From Geosiphon pyriformis uo1 (Eukaryota; Fungi; Glomeromycota), in NCBI GenBank assembly GCA_016748015.1, contig JAAOMT010000571.1:1305095-1369094 (forward strand): a stretch of 64,000 nt of DNA. Direction: 5' to 3'. Below, in pieces: positions 1 through 14,189 of this stretch. The translations under genes were made by a program, and so were the position numbers. The notes under the pieces are model-generated. The model saw only the letters and a program-made list of their open reading frames with translations, made no database searches and was not told the DNA's origin. How positions within the stretch are numbered: position 1 is the stretch's first letter; each line of letters opens with the position of its first letter.

Positions 1-126
1 TTATTACATTTAATGAGTACAGTTCAACCACTATCTAATATACAGATGCAAGCTAAGTAAATCTAACTAAATGTGGTTCACACATTTGCTACATGTAACT
101 AGCCACTCAGGCCAATCTAGACAACA

Positions 127-3100
127 CTATACACCTACATAAACTTTGACACTATCACAAATACCAGAAAAAAAAAGGCTAGCCTTACACAAACCAAAAC
201 TGACGGCAAACATCTCATCAATTCCAAGAAGATAAACAATTTCACCAGACAAATGTTTAATAGAGTCAGCTAAAAGACCAATAAGAATTTCCGAAGCACA
301 AACCAAACCACAACATTCTATGTCCACTTTAAACTTAGCCCTGAGTAACTACAAACCACACCAGTGTTTTTTTGCCAGGCGCCAAACAAAATCAGCCACC
401 ACCAAAACAGCCTGATTATGATTCTTGAAATGTGCAGTAGCTTTATCAATCTATTCTCTTAGTACAAAGCCTTTACACAATTGCATATACACTCCTGAAT
501 TATAACAACTAGCAAGCAGAGTACACAACATAGGAGAGGATGCCAGAGAGCAGCCCACCAGCAACAACTTCCACAAAGCAGTCCTGTCCAACAAAATATC
601 AGCACACACAGCTGCCTTATTTTGACAAGTAAACACATGATCTGACAATTCAACATTATCACACATTAAACAGAGAACCTCAAGATAACATTTATCATAC
701 AACCTTTTACGAATGGCAACTGATAACTTCCTATGGACCACTTTCATTAAGTAAGTACAGAGAATAGCTGAAGCTCAGCTTGTAAAACCTGACAGCATGT
801 GGGAGTCCGGGTGCCAGACTGAAGCCATACACTTCCAATCAACTCTTTATCGATCACCACAGAGCCAGGACCAGTCTCCCACTGAGCATAACAGATAGAT
901 CTATAAATATCCCAAACAAAATGTCGAGCATTGCCTAAGACAACCTGACCATGAGCCATGACATACCTTTCCTGAACACTCATAGGAAGAGACAAATTGG
1001 AGTGAGCAGCGTGCCCAGCCAAAGCATCAGTCTTGTCATTGTGAGCATTACTCAAATGGCCTTTTACCTTCACCCACCCAACAGAAAGGTCTTTATTCTC
1101 AATCAACTTGTGAATATAACATCTTTCCACCCAACATTTGTTCCTGAAATCAGAAGCAATTAAACCCAATTCTGAAGCACACGCATCAATAATAGCCTGA
1201 CTATCAGTGTTAATAACAACCGAGCATGAAGAAGGAACACATTGCAGTGCCAGGACAACAGTGTGAAGTTCAGCCATAGTAGAAAAAAGCAACTCACTGA
1301 CCTCAATGCCAATACTCACACTAGCATTGGGGAAATAAGCTGCAGCCCCACCTGCAACCTTGGCAGTGCCCAAATGAGACAAAAAACCATCAGTATACAC
1401 TGCGAAGACATCAAACCAAGATTCATGTAAACATTCTCAAACAACCAAATATCTTTCCGAATCAAAAAAGTTTGAGCCACCAAAGACTGTGGACAGACCA
1501 CCAGGAATGAGACAGTGACCATCCATGTATGCAGAAACTTTGGAGTACCACAAGGATACAGGACCCCTGAAACTCAGTCTCTTCCAGCGGCAAAAAGTCC
1601 TCCAACTGAGAACCAATTTATCTTTGCCCAATAACCTGTCACCAAAGGCAACACCAAAATGCTTTAAAGAGGGGACCACACCAAAATAAAAAGAGCTACC
1701 CAAGATCATCAATACAGGAAAGTGACCAGCACCATGAAAAGCACAAGGCAAATTGTTGGCCAGATATATATCATTGTCCAAAAAAATTCTAACCATACCA
1801 GCAAGAAAATTGTTAGAGGAATTAACCCTCAACTTAACAGGATGTTGCAAAGGGTTTAATGGAGCCCACTCTAATATCTGTAAATCCAAAAAACAGTGTT
1901 CAAACAAATGTCCCAGAATACCAGGCACATTTGAGAACCAAACCAATGAAGCCACCTTCTCTTTAGCCTAGATCTGTTCGAAAGTCCTCACACCATAAAG
2001 GAAGGGATAATGTAAAGCCTCATTGGAAAAATCTCAAGGCAAATTTGCTTTAGATTTGAGACCCTTCCTCAACATAACATCCCATTTTAAGCAGACACTT
2101 TTAGAAACAAAGCTGAATTGTGTGCGATAACTGACAATGGATTGCAGGACCAAAGACACCAAGTATACAAATTGTTTATCCATCAAAGCTTTTGTGAAAA
2201 CCATATTGGAAAAAAACCTGACATTCGATTGAGCTTTGGCTAAACTGGACTTAAACAATCTGTCTGTCGACAAAAAAATGCCCAAATATCTATGAGCCTC
2301 ACCCTGTTTAGCAATAGAGATAGATAGTCCATTAATATGCAAAGACACATCCGAAACCCTTTTGTTAATAGAAATTATCACAGTTTTTTCACTGTTAATT
2401 GCAATATTATTGATCTCAAAAAATTCACACATAATATCTAATATATGTTGTGTCGACACTTGACCATTACCAATTTAGATAGTATTATCCACAAATGCAC
2501 TTGCTGCAAAAAATGAAGACTGACCACCACTAGACTCAATACAGCCAGATTTTGCTACAAAGTTGGTATTGATTCTATAACCATATAAATGTTCATGATC
2601 CTTAACCTTGCACAACAAAGGGTCATAAAAAATTTTCCACAAGAGAGGAGAGAAGACCTCTCTTTGATCTAAACCATCCAGCACATAGTATCCATCTAAG
2701 AGACCAAAATCAGTCATTACTCTATTAATTCTGCCTACATGTAAGTTTCTGAAAAACGACACAAATTTGTCACACATTTTAATCCGCTTCAAACTGGTTT
2801 CCAACTGCTGCCAACTAACAGAATCATAGGCCTTATACATATCTTGCAACACCAACCAAACCTTCCTATTTTTCTCCAGAGCATCTTTCACAATTGAACC
2901 AACAGCAAAAACCAGAGATTGAGTGGAAGTACTCTTTAGGACTGAAAAATTATCACCCTGGAGAACATCAAATCTGGAACAGGCCAAAAAAATACGGTTA
3001 GACAATAATTTAGAGAGTATCTTTTTGGTTGTCTCAATTAATGCAATGGGTCTTGTATTCGTAAGAATGCCATCCCATTCATATGGTTTGGGGATTATAG

Positions 3101-4799
3101 AAACCCAAGCTCTTTTCCAAAGAGCCGGAACCTCACTAATATTTAGGCAAGAATTTAAGAGACCCAACAAACACTCAAGCATATCATCACCACAATGTTT
3201 TCATAGCTTGTTAGAGATACCAGACAGGCCAGCCGCTTTGACATCAAGTAGATCCGAAATCACATTCACCAATTCACTGAAATAGATGTCATTCATAACA
3301 TTAGAAAAGACATCATCTTTCACATAATCCAAAGGCGCGTATTGGTGGGCCTATCTGGAGAGCATCACTGAAGATAAAATACACTCTCTCATCCAGTTAA
3401 CCATAATACTGTTGACCCTGCTTTTCACCTCAATTAGATCCAAAACCAGTTCATCATTTATAACCAAGTGGTCCAAAACAACCTTATGAAAAGACTGCTC
3501 CAAAATACTCCTAATCATGTCACCTTTGTTAGAACTGAAATTCTCCATGTGTTTATTGATGGCACTCCAGATCACTGTATTTCTTGCCACTCTGGATTTA
3601 TAATACTTAGACTTTCTATAACACTTCCTAACTATAGACAGATGCTTGAACACTTTCACCAAATCAGCCCTATTTTGAACCAAAAAATCAAACTTAAAAG
3701 TCTCTTTATAATCAACCAGAAACCACCTCTTAATTAGACAATCACATTTACACTTATTACCTGTATTCAAACTCTTGACGATCTTAGCCACCAACAATTC
3801 AAGTCTAAGGAACCTCGATGAATGTCTGTTTTTTGAACAGTCAAATTCACTAAACCAGCACCTAGAAAATGTAGTATCAGTGGCTCTCACCATAACTCCA
3901 CACAACACATCTCACATCTCATCCAGATTACTGAGAACCTTAGCACTCAAAAAACCACCTATGACCAAGAACAAAACAGCAGACACATTATCCTTAAACT
4001 GTAACCATTTAGAAGGGTCAGCATCTTTAAAGTCAAACTTCCATCTGTCTCTGTTGGCCTGTTTGCGAATACTGTTTAGCTGAGCATTAAGAAGACCCCC
4101 TAATCCAATTGAAACTGAAATCATCTTATGATCTGTGTTGAAAAACTTTGTAACCACACCAATATTCCACTTCATTAGAGCAGAAACTAAGTTTTCACTG
4201 ACAAAAATATAATCAATAACTTTTTCCACATCTCTGGAGTTGCTCCATGTAGGTGAACTAGCCAAAGAATGTTTCTTGAAAGAGTTAACAAGACCCAGAT
4301 CCATGCATTTTCTGAGACTAGCACTTTTCTTGGTATCTGATTCATTGAAGTCCCTACTCAAGACGACAAATGAGCTTGAGTTGATAGCACTAGCAATTAA
4401 GGAGTTGACAGCAAGAGTCTGACCAAATTGCACACCAGCAGACACTCCTGCATAGATACCTAAGATTGTAACTGAAAGTTTGCTCTTAAACAAGAGCCTA
4501 ATTGAAATCAACTGACCAGGAATTTCATCGATCTTTGAAACATGCCAAGCCATAGAAGAGTTCATAATAACAGCCATGCCAGCACCAGAAGAACCTGTAT
4601 CAAGCCCTGATGTAAAAATGCGAACACCAGGGAACTTATTTATGATTCATGGCTTAACGCCAGATTTTAACTTTGTCTCCGTAATAATAGAAATGTTATT
4701 TCCAGAGTTCATGTGCCATTTAACTATATTGTCCTGTTTGGCAGAAACGTTCACGCCCCTCATATTACATGTCGCAATTCTCCAAACCAAATTGTTCAT
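127..4799 (-). pseudogene. LINE A ORF2 (endonuclease-reverse transcriptase-RNase H-zinc finger), multiple stops
   Basis: ATG at 4799-4797; fragments 3912-4577, 3351-3908, 2475-3182, 2034-2459, 1437-1955 and 747-1400 share one frame; one frameshift near 750-830 into 451-747 and 127-327. Confidence 0.9.
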
Positions 4800-6600
4800 T
4801 GAAATAAAGAAAAGACTGCTGAACTTGAGCCAGCACATATCTGATCTAACTTCTTTAATACCAAACAAACTAAAGCTTCGAGAGCCATTAACTTTGACTC
4901 CAAACAGCCCACTTTTGAAGTCAAAATTTTTGAACCACTCAGACCCAAATTCGAGACACTAGAGGAAACTGAAGAGGGAGAAAAAACCACAGACTTAGAA
5001 TCATCCAGAACTATATCTGAACCAAATTCTACATTTGCCATAACAGGGATAACCAAGGGCTGAGAAGAGAAGGCAAGAGCCTTGGGCACCAGATTTAAAT
5101 TGTCAAGTTTGTTTACAATACCAGACACCCTATCTGTAAGAAGTTCCAAAGAATGCTCCAAAGAAGTGAGACAAGTCTCCAAAATTGAATAAACAAGAAC
5201 CACAGAAGACGAGTGACCAACCACACCTAAGGCACCAGAAGAGGAACCAAAATCAGAACCAGAACCAAAGTGAGAACCATTAGACAAAGATACTAGAGAG
5301 ACAATCTGGGCCCATGATTTGCCACCAAATGCAGCCAGTCAAAAAATAGGCACACTCTTTTTCACATACAGCTTGGTCAACTAGAGGTGGTTTTCATCAG
5401 AGACAATCCTTTTAAATGACTTGGAAAGTTTAAAAAAAGTTGAAATCTCAGCATTACACTCTAGAACAGAATGACCAAGTTTCCCATACTATTCACACTG
5501 AACCAGATCCAATCTAGCCCAAGAAAGTCTCATTCCACCAAAAATAGGCTCCATACGAAACGCAGACTTTAATACCTCGTCATTTTCAAAACAAACTACA
5601 GTACAATGAACTCTATTGCCAGTGTTTAAGGATCAATTTATGACACAAGTTTTCCCACCAGCTTCTGCCAAAAGATTACCAAGATTATGAGCCATTGTTC
5701 CCACTGGCAAAGTAAACAAAAGTGCCTTATATCAATCTTTAGATGCCCATGTTTCACAATTCCCCACAGCCTTGGCCACGCGCACTGAATCTTTCCTAAT
5801 TAAGAAAGACCACTTAGCTGCCAACTGATCTGTCTGACTCAATTCGGCAAACTCTACCACAGCCTTCTGCCACAGCCCAATGAGTTGCAATCGAATTGAC
5901 ACTATTTGACCAAACTCAGATACTGTGGCAACAATTATATCCTTAAGCATGTCCATGGGAATTTCTTTAATTACCACAGCCTGATCTGACTGCACTTCTT
6001 GTTTTTTGAGATTGGTGTTTATGACAATCTTATTTTCCCTGACCAATGACGCGGCCATTTCCATGCTTTTCTCTGATGTAAACATTGATCTGATGATCTC
6101 TTCAAATTTTGAGAGAGTAGTGGCTCCCCCAAAACCATTGATTGTTGAGAAAATTTTTCTAATTAACTGAGTCTTAGCCATTGCCGATTTACCCTCCACA
6201 GCTAAGAGATTAATATCCAAAGCAAATGATTTTTTAACTGATACTTTCACAGAAGTCTTGATAATTTTAGGGTTGATCCATTTCTGCTCTAAAGAAATAG
6301 ACAAGTGAGGAAGGAGCACAACTTCATCATCATCCATACTAAAATTAGAAGAGCCAAGTGGAGAACCAAAACCAGTACCAGTGTTGACTCGCTTTGTCTT
6401 GGGTGTAATAGCTGCTGAACCCAAAAAAAACCCACCATCCATCTCAGACATGTTAACATCCTCATCCTCACCAGAGAGACTCTCCACATTAGAATACACA
6501 CTGCCACTAGATTCAGCCTTGCTCAAGGATATATTCTTTTCATTACTAGAATGTTTCACATTATCAAGAACAACCTTTTTTTTCTGATAAAAAGAGCCAT
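4796..6600 (-). pseudogene. LINE A ORF1 (RRM-like + CCHC knuckle + C-terminal coiled coil), broken
   Basis: Fragments 5732-6559 and 4796-5287 are collinear with ORF1 of copies C and E; stop TGA at 4798-4796. Start position approximate. Confidence 0.85.
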
Positions 6601-7249
6601 CAGCAGGATCTTAAAAAGCACTCTTAGGAGCTTTTTTCTTAGGTGTGGTGCTACTAGCAGTAGCCTCTATATCCACGAAAAATGGGTTACTATTAGGTAA
6701 AGAAATATTAATATAGACTAAAAAAACAAAAAACTTCTTTTTCAGAAAATACGCTTTTTAGGGATTTGGAAATGTAAGAAAGAAAGAAGTTTTTAATTTG
6801 TATTATTTGATTATATTAATAAAATTTAATTTGTGTTTTTTGTTTTTTACTATAAAATTAATCTTGTTTTTTATTAAATTATTATAATATTAAATTATTT
6901 TATTGTAATAATTAAATTACTTATTATAATATTAAATTATTTTTGTGCTTTTTTTGGTTTTTCTATATTAATAATAATTTTTAAAAAAAATTAAAAATAA
7001 TTGATCTAAGTTGTTAAAAATATAATTATATTAATTGTATTTAATATTAAAAAAATAATTTATTTTATTTTAATTAAGTTTAAATTTTTTTAAATATTGT
7101 TAAAACTATTTTAAAATATTTTTTTTAAGTTAAAACTACTTATATATAATTTAATAAAAAAAAAATTGAAAATATAAAAATAATTACTATGTCTTAATTA
7201 ATATACCAAATTACATAAAACAACTTTTATTAGAAAGTTAAATACCATA

Positions 7250-8250
7250 TAATTTTATTAAAAAAATTTAATAAGAAATTCTTTTACTATTTGTTTCAAT
7301 TATTATTTTACAATATTATTTCATTGATTCTATTAAACCAATTAAGATAGATTTAAGAAGATCTTGCCATTTTTTTTCCATAAATTTCTTTAATTTACTA
7401 CAATTTTAAGACATTTTTTTTTCTACATTTTTTTTAACAATAGCTTAAAGATTTTTATTGGGTTTAAGTTAGAACTATTAGATAACCACCCCAATAATTC
7501 AATTGTATTTTTAGCAATAAACTTTTTGGCAAGCTTGCTAGTATGCTTGGGGTTATTATCTTGTTAGAATTATTAATTATTCTCTAGTATTGCTCTAATT
7601 TCAGATAAGTAATTACAAAAAATATATATATAAAATTAAATATTTATTATTTAAACAAAACAAAATAAACTAATCTTTTCTTTTTTATAGAAACTCTTCT
7701 ACATGAAAATTTTTGTTCAATCTTTAAGCATAAAACAAATTGGTTGAGTATTTTTATGCCAAGTTAAAAAAATGTTTCATTAGTAAAAACTGTTCTTTTT
7801 TAATTATTGTTTAGGTGTTTTTTGGCCCATTTTACACATTTTTATTTATGTTTTTTGGTCAACATTGAAGTTGCTCTAGAAAGATTTTTTTATAATTAAA
7901 ATTAGATAAATGGTTTTAAATAATAATATAAGAAACATTTATTTTTTTTTTAGCCAACTTTATTGCTAAATATTTAGATAAAATTAAAAAATCTCTATAA
8001 ATAATCTGTTTTAATACTTTTAAAAAATTTTCCATAATTTTTTTTGGCCAACCATTACCAGTTGCATGCTTTTTTTTTGAGCTTTTTGAGGATATTATAG
8101 ATTTTAGAAAGGAGTATATTCATTTTATTCTGTATTTTTTTCATTTTTTGTATTCTTTGTTTCCAAAAATATAATATAACTTATTGTTATATTTCTTGCT
8201 TTGAAGTCAGTATTTCAAAAACAAGTTTTAAAAAAAACTATTAATTAATA
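7250..8250 (-). mobile_element. Tc1-family (DD34E) DNA transposase relic
   Basis: Manual minus-strand translation: KWAKKHLNNN*KRTVFTNETFF (7770-7835, from VFTDET); QDNNPKHTSKLAKKFIAKNTIELLGWLSNSSNLNPIK (7563-7453, from QDNDPKHTS...WPSNSPDLNPIE) with exactly 34 residues between the D and E positions. TIRs not resolvable. Confidence 0.85.
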
Positions 8251-8399
8251 TGTAAAAAAATGTTTTTAAAGTTCAGCCACTTATCTAATATTCTGTTTTC
8301 ATTTTTATTATTACAAAACTTATTAAAAATAATTAAACCAAATGTTAAACTGTATATACATATTTTCTGTTTTATAAAATAGTTTTTAAAAACTTGTTA

Positions 8400-8560
8400 T
8401 TTTTTATATTATTTTATTATTGTTAATTATAATTTATTATTATATATTAATTTTTATTATTTTAAATTATTACTAATTATTGTATATTAGTTTGTATTAT
8501 TGTATATTATTATGTATTATTATATATTATTATATATTATTATATTTTTATTATATTTTT
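8400..8560. repeat. Low-complexity (TATATTAT/TGTATAT)n tract
   Basis: Imperfect tandem tattatatattat units directly visible. Confidence 0.6.
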
Positions 8561-8764
8561 TTTAAAATTAATTGGTTTTTTTACTTAAATAATAAGATTT
8601 TTTTCTTTAAAATTAAGCTTTATAAATTTATATAAATTTTTTTTAAATTTTTTAAATTTGTATAATATTTAATAGTTTTTTTAACAATTGCTTTTTGTAA
8701 TTTTTTAAAATAAAAATTGGTTATTTTTTTAATTATTAATAATTAGAATATTATTATTATTATT

Positions 8765-11050
8765 TTATATAAGATTTAATGAGTATAGCCCAATCACTAT
8801 TTAGAAATTAAGAATAAATTAAGTGCTCTAAAGTTAAATATAATTTATATGCTTTTTATATATAATTAGCTACTTAAATCAATTTAAACTATATTATATT
8901 AATATAATAAAAAGAAACTTACTTAAAGTTGACATTTTTTAAACTACATTAAACAATTTAATACTACAAAAAATTAATTTAACCAGTCATTTAGCTGTTT
9001 TTAAGAGATCAGTTTTAATATTATTAAGTTTATATATCTAAAAAAATATTAAATTAAAAAATATATTATTATTAATACTAATTAAGACTTTAAATTACCA
9101 GATATATTAATATTATTTATGTAGCACTTTTTTTTTAGCTTACTAATAATTTTGTTAAAAAAATTTAAATGAATTATAAGCTTATTAATTTTAAGACTAA
9201 AAATACAGTTTAATATTAAATTACCATTAATAAATTATTCAAATACAATAACTAAAAAGCTAATAGGCTTAACAATTGACTTAACTAAAGCAAAAAGTTT
9301 AACCAAATCAGATTCCAAAAAAATCAACTAAAAAGACAATAGGATTACCAACAATTACCAAAAAAAAAGCAAAAATTATTAGAAGTAAAAACTTAAAAAA
9401 ACCCAAAAGGGTAAAAGCTTTAACATAAAACTTAGTACTTATAAAATATAATATAAACATCTTGAAAATCTTGAAAAAAAAAAGTAAAAACATCTTATAG
9501 TCTATAGTCAAATGGCTCATTTTTTAATACTTAAAACAGTACTAATAATCAGAGATTTTTTATTAAATACAGCATTTTTTTAATATATTAATCTTGACTA
9601 TTATAATATTTAAATTAGTCTAAAATCTAAATATAATCAAAATAAACTGAAAACAGTAACCAGAATTAAAAGAATAAAAAATAAAACATGTTTAATTACT
9701 AATTTAATAGATTATATTACTAATTTTAAAAACAGTACAGTTAAAAGAAAGGTTAACCAACTTGGTTTTAAACTTATTACAAGACAAAATAGTTTTATTT
9801 TAATTAATTAAAGAGAAAATTCTAATACTATTTTTGTCTACCAATACCAACTAATGATTTAAAACAAATATAATAGTATTTAACTTTTTATAATAAACAA
9901 CAATATATTGCCAAATACCAACAGATTTTAGCACAATACAAATAATTTTACCAAAAACATTAAATAGTATCTTAATATTAACAACAGTCATACCTAAAAA
10001 TATATTACATAATGTAATAACAACAAAAAAAACCAGACTCAAAAACCACCAAAGATTTGGCAATTTTAAGAGTAATTAGGTAAACAGAGCTTGTAAATTT
10101 AACCAAAAATACAGCTTTTAAAGACTTTTAAAAAACAAATTTTATGCCAAAAAGCTTTATATTGTCTTTTAATACTAACTTAGTATTCAAAAAACCATGT
10201 ACAGACTAAAAAACAGCCTTAAAATAAGCCAATTTAATTTTGAAAATAGCACCAGACACCAAAATAAAAGCTATCTACTTAATAAACTTTTAATAATTAG
10301 AAATAATTTTTTAAGCATTATTAATAAAAATACCAGAAACTAGCAGAAAAAATAAATTAGTTTTTATTTGATTAGTTTAGTTTTCAAAAACAGATAATTT
10401 AATAGAAAATTGTTGTTTTGTTTTTAAAACTGGCAATAATCTGCTAAAAAAAACCACATTTGGCAATACAATTAGTGATTGATTTTGGCTTATTTTAGAT
10501 AATAAACTAAATAATACAACAGAAATTTCATCTAAAATCTCATTAGAAACTACAAAGAGGTTTAATATAACAATAGCAAAAGCAAATAACTGTTTTACTT
10601 TTTTGAGTCTTTGGTCTTTTTGACCATTTTTTTAAAAATTTGATATTAAAAACACCAGATGTAAAAGCTATAGAAAAGAAAACCAGCTTGTTAATTAATT
10701 TGTTATTAAAAACTTTTGGGCTTTTAAAAGAAATAAAAATAACATTAGAATTAATCTAAGTATGTCTTTTTAAAAACACTTTAACTAGTAAAAAACTAGC
10801 CAAAAATAAAGAAAATGTTTCAAAACCACCAAAAACAGCTTTTTACTATTATTAACCAAGAAAAAAGCTTCTAAAACGTTTTGTTTAACTGCTTTCACAA
10901 CAGAAAAAATTTTTTTGGTTAAAACTTTATAAAATACCAAAGAAAAAATACTAGTTACAACTTTTTTACTTTTTGTTTTAGTTATAATCATAAAATTAAA
11001 AAAACAAAAAGTTTATAATAATTATTAATATTTTTAAACCTATTTTTTTG
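8765..11050 (-). mobile_element. ORF1-only non-autonomous LINE derivative (HAL1-like), heavily mutated
   Basis: Degraded ORF ~10991-8895 with ORF1 motifs (FGKIICIVLKSVGIWQYIVVY; VDKNSIRI; YCFKY*KMSHLTIDYK = decayed CCHC knuckle ~9495-9540), followed directly by a 3' UTR (8775-8895) that aligns with LINE A 1-130; no room for ORF2. Confidence 0.7.
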
Positions 11051-12183
11051 AATATTATTATTAAATTCAAGAGTATTTATATATAGTATTTAAAAACTAA
11101 ACATAAATAATAAATAATTTTTATAATTAAATATTAAGTTGTTTTTTTAAAATTTATTTAACTAGTTATAAAGCTTTTTTGTTGAATAATTAATTATTAT
11201 AATTTAAGTATAATATTTAAATATTTAATTGTTTTCTAATTTTATTATAGTAAAAAATTAACAGAAGATTTTTTTCTATATGCTAAAAGTTTTAAAAGTA
11301 AATTTTTCAGTTTTAGATTCAGTTTATATATTATTTAAGACTTTTTTTAATCTTTTTATTATTTTATTAATGTAATTTGTTAATATTTATAAATTAATAA
11401 GTATAAATTATAATTTCTAAAATTTTATTTGTTTTTATATTATTTTAAACAATTATTAAGAGTTTAAGCATTTTTTCTAAAATGTTTATAATAATAGTGC
11501 TTTTATAACTTTTTATTAATTTACATATTTCTGAATTTTGCAACTTAATTTTTTTGATAAAAATTGTGTTTGATTATGATAATTGGTTCTAAATCTTATA
11601 GAATTTTTTCTAATTTGATCAATAAAATTTGCATTTATAATTAAAGTATTTGTGTTGTTAATAATTAATTTGTGTAATAAGATCATATTTTGTAAAAACA
11701 TTAAAATAAAAATAATATATTGCTTAAATATTAAATTTGCAAGTTAATTATATTTTTACAAATAAAAATATTTATTATTTGAAATAATGAAAATTAAAAT
11801 CTAAACTTATTTTTAATTAACATTATGAAAATTTTAAAAACAAAAAAATTTAAAATACAGATTTGGAAGTTTAAATTTTTTCTGATTTTAAAAATAAAAC
11901 TAAAAACTCACATTTTGAAAATTATTTACGATATTATCGGCTAATAGCATTTATTTCACAAAATTTCAAGAATGACTTGATGACCATAAATTTATTTGGC
12001 AAAATGTCGGGTAGACAATTTGATGAGCATTGTGAGAAAAATGAATCTTCTAATGCTAGTTAACACATTTATTTTAAGCAATAATAAAATCTCGGCAAGA
12101 ATATAGAATATTGCTAATAATAAAGGTGTTGAGGTCTAAGATGGATTGCTTGACTAACCTGATGCAAAGGAATCAACCATGAG

Positions 12184-14189
12184 CTAACGCAAATATTTAG
12201 CATACCCTTTCATTATAATCTTTTGATTGAGACCGGAACCACCCCCATAAGGATCGTTCTCTAAAACTTTTAAAGCATCTAAAACCGTGATCATGTTGTC
12301 TTGAGTGACAGGATGTGCTGGAGGTAGTAAAGTGTTGGACATATTTTCCGGTTTCATGATATCGGTAGCAGCGCTACCACTGATCGATGCTGTAGAGATC
12401 TCAGCCAAAGCAGGCTTACCTCGAGACCCTGTTGATCGCGTTCGGCTACGCCCCGTTTTTGAAGTACCACCTCCAGTTGTTGAAGATTGTAGATTATTAT
12501 TTGTCGATGATGTTGTTGAAATAGTAGTTTCAGTTGAAGTCATAAGCATCCAGCTTTTTGTCGAACCTCCTGCAGCCTTCAGAGCTGTTTCATTTGTGCT
12601 AGTAGGTTTGCTCTCTGCTATGACTTTTTTGGGTTGTGGAGGTTCTTTAGGAACAATAGGTTTTTTCACTTTGAGCTTTTTTGCGGGTGGATTTTGCTTT
12701 GAGACTTCTTTTATTTTCGCTTCAGCTTTTTCGTCAGGCTTATTTTTCTTTGCTAAAAGTTCTTTTCTTTTCCGTTCTTGCTCCCGTTCGGCATTTTCAA
12801 TAGCGAATAATTGAGATTTAACATCTTGATTAATTATCTCATTGTACAGCGGCTTATTATTAGCGTCAAGCGGTGGTTCGTGCAAATGATTGGAGCGTGT
12901 GCGATGATTTTTCACCATGTTCATTTGCTCTATTAATGATCTTGTCCTTTCTTCTGCAGCAAGTGCAAGATACTCGTAAACGTCTGGGTGAACGCTCAAA
13001 TGATGCTTTGCCACTATGTCATAATTAGAGACAAACGCAAATATGAGAATAAAAAATTGATCAAGTAATTTGTAAAAAAATTCCGATATCATTATTTTCA
13101 CCTATCGCATTGAAGCGAGCTTTGAGAACAGCTAAATTCATAAATTTCTGGGCCTTTGAGCGATCTACATCAATTACTGCAGCTGTACCCGGAATATGCA
13201 GTGTTTCTTTTTGTAAAAACTCGCTTTCTTCCTAGAAATTCGGTAAGAATTCCAGATATTTGGGTTATTAATTTCCCAAATACAAATTGATATTGTGATT
13301 TCTTTTTGATTAAAATTTCTTATCATTGACCTTGAGATCGACGCCAGTAAATGCCATTGCATCATTTAACTGGGTGTAATCAATTTTATCATCATCGGCT
13401 AATGCGGTAGCCGAAGTTTTCCTTCATCCAAAGTTGAAAAGAAAATGATCATTACAAAAAATGGAGAGCAAAAGCTACTACAATTGAGTTAATCTATAAA
13501 AACAACTTACCCCTGATTAGGGAGCATTAGACTTTGAACCTGAGCTATAAAAGATAAGTTGAAGCCAAACATTATACAAATCAATACATAACAATTTACA
13601 AGGATACATGTTTTATGATAAAGGAAAAACACTCTTACCAAGTCCACGCGATGGTAAAATTATCGATTGAGTCATAGAAGTATTATAGCTGGGAGGACGA
13701 TATATTGTCGATAAAGTTGGTTGAATTGAGGTCACAGAGGAGGATATAGGTTGAGTTATACGATTTATAAATCCTAAGCTATTGGTAGTAGTTTCACTGG
13801 TAGACATGCTAGGAAAAATTACTCCGTTAACAGCTTGTGTAGCTGGGTGTTCTAGTTTCACCTTTTTGGGAATTGGTTGTGTTCTGTAAGAAGGGAAGGT
13901 TGGGTAGTTTTTATGATGTACTGTATAAATTTATAACTGAAAATAGCCCATGAGAAGAAACATACATGACAGATGTTCGGCGATCGCCTAATGGAGGACT
14001 AGTTGCTAATTCTGCTTGCCTTTTTGTTCCGACCACCGGGTAAGTTAGAGCTCCTGGTTGCGATAAAGTGGGAATCATAGGTGAGGTTCCGTTGTTCAGG
14101 GAAACTCCGTTTTGTAAAGGTGTCGGGAAAGTATTCCTTCCTTGATTGAAGTTAGGTTCAATCGAACCTGGAAATCTTTCTTGATTCAT
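12184..14189 (-). CDS. TAF4: Transcription initiation factor TFIID subunit 4
   Basis: Six exons 14189-13966, 13883-13639, 13544-13511, 13421-13331, 13231-13102, 13013-12184, all GT-AG and in frame. Motifs LNDAMAFTGVDLKEE, histone fold FMNLAVLKARF...DVYEYLALAAEERTRSLIEQM, STNETALKAAGG and ITVLDALKVLE match the TAF4 family. Confidence 0.92.

Larger units (their letters stand above)
1..6795 (-). mobile_element. Near full-length L1-like non-LTR retrotransposon (LINE copy A), inactivated
   Basis: Minus-strand ORF fragments in order ORF1 (RRM-like VVIKEIP...FGQIVSIRLQLIGLWQKAVVEF), APE endonuclease (IATCN, ITETKL, DFN, IDYIFVS, TDH), RT (IPKPYEW, RPIALIE, QDM.KAYDSV, AFVDN), RNase H (YTDG, AEL, TDSQ, KVKGH), zinc finger CLMC-x7-H-x3-C; 3' UTR at 1-126 homologous to those of other copies. 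Confidence 0.93.

Noticed and set aside
12305-12814. 169-aa plus-strand ORF
   Set aside because: Antisense shadow of TAF4 exon 6.
13921-13965. 45-nt first intron of TAF4 using the AG at 13922-13921
   Set aside because: Out of frame with exon 2; the acceptor at 13885-13884 gives an in-frame 82-nt intron.
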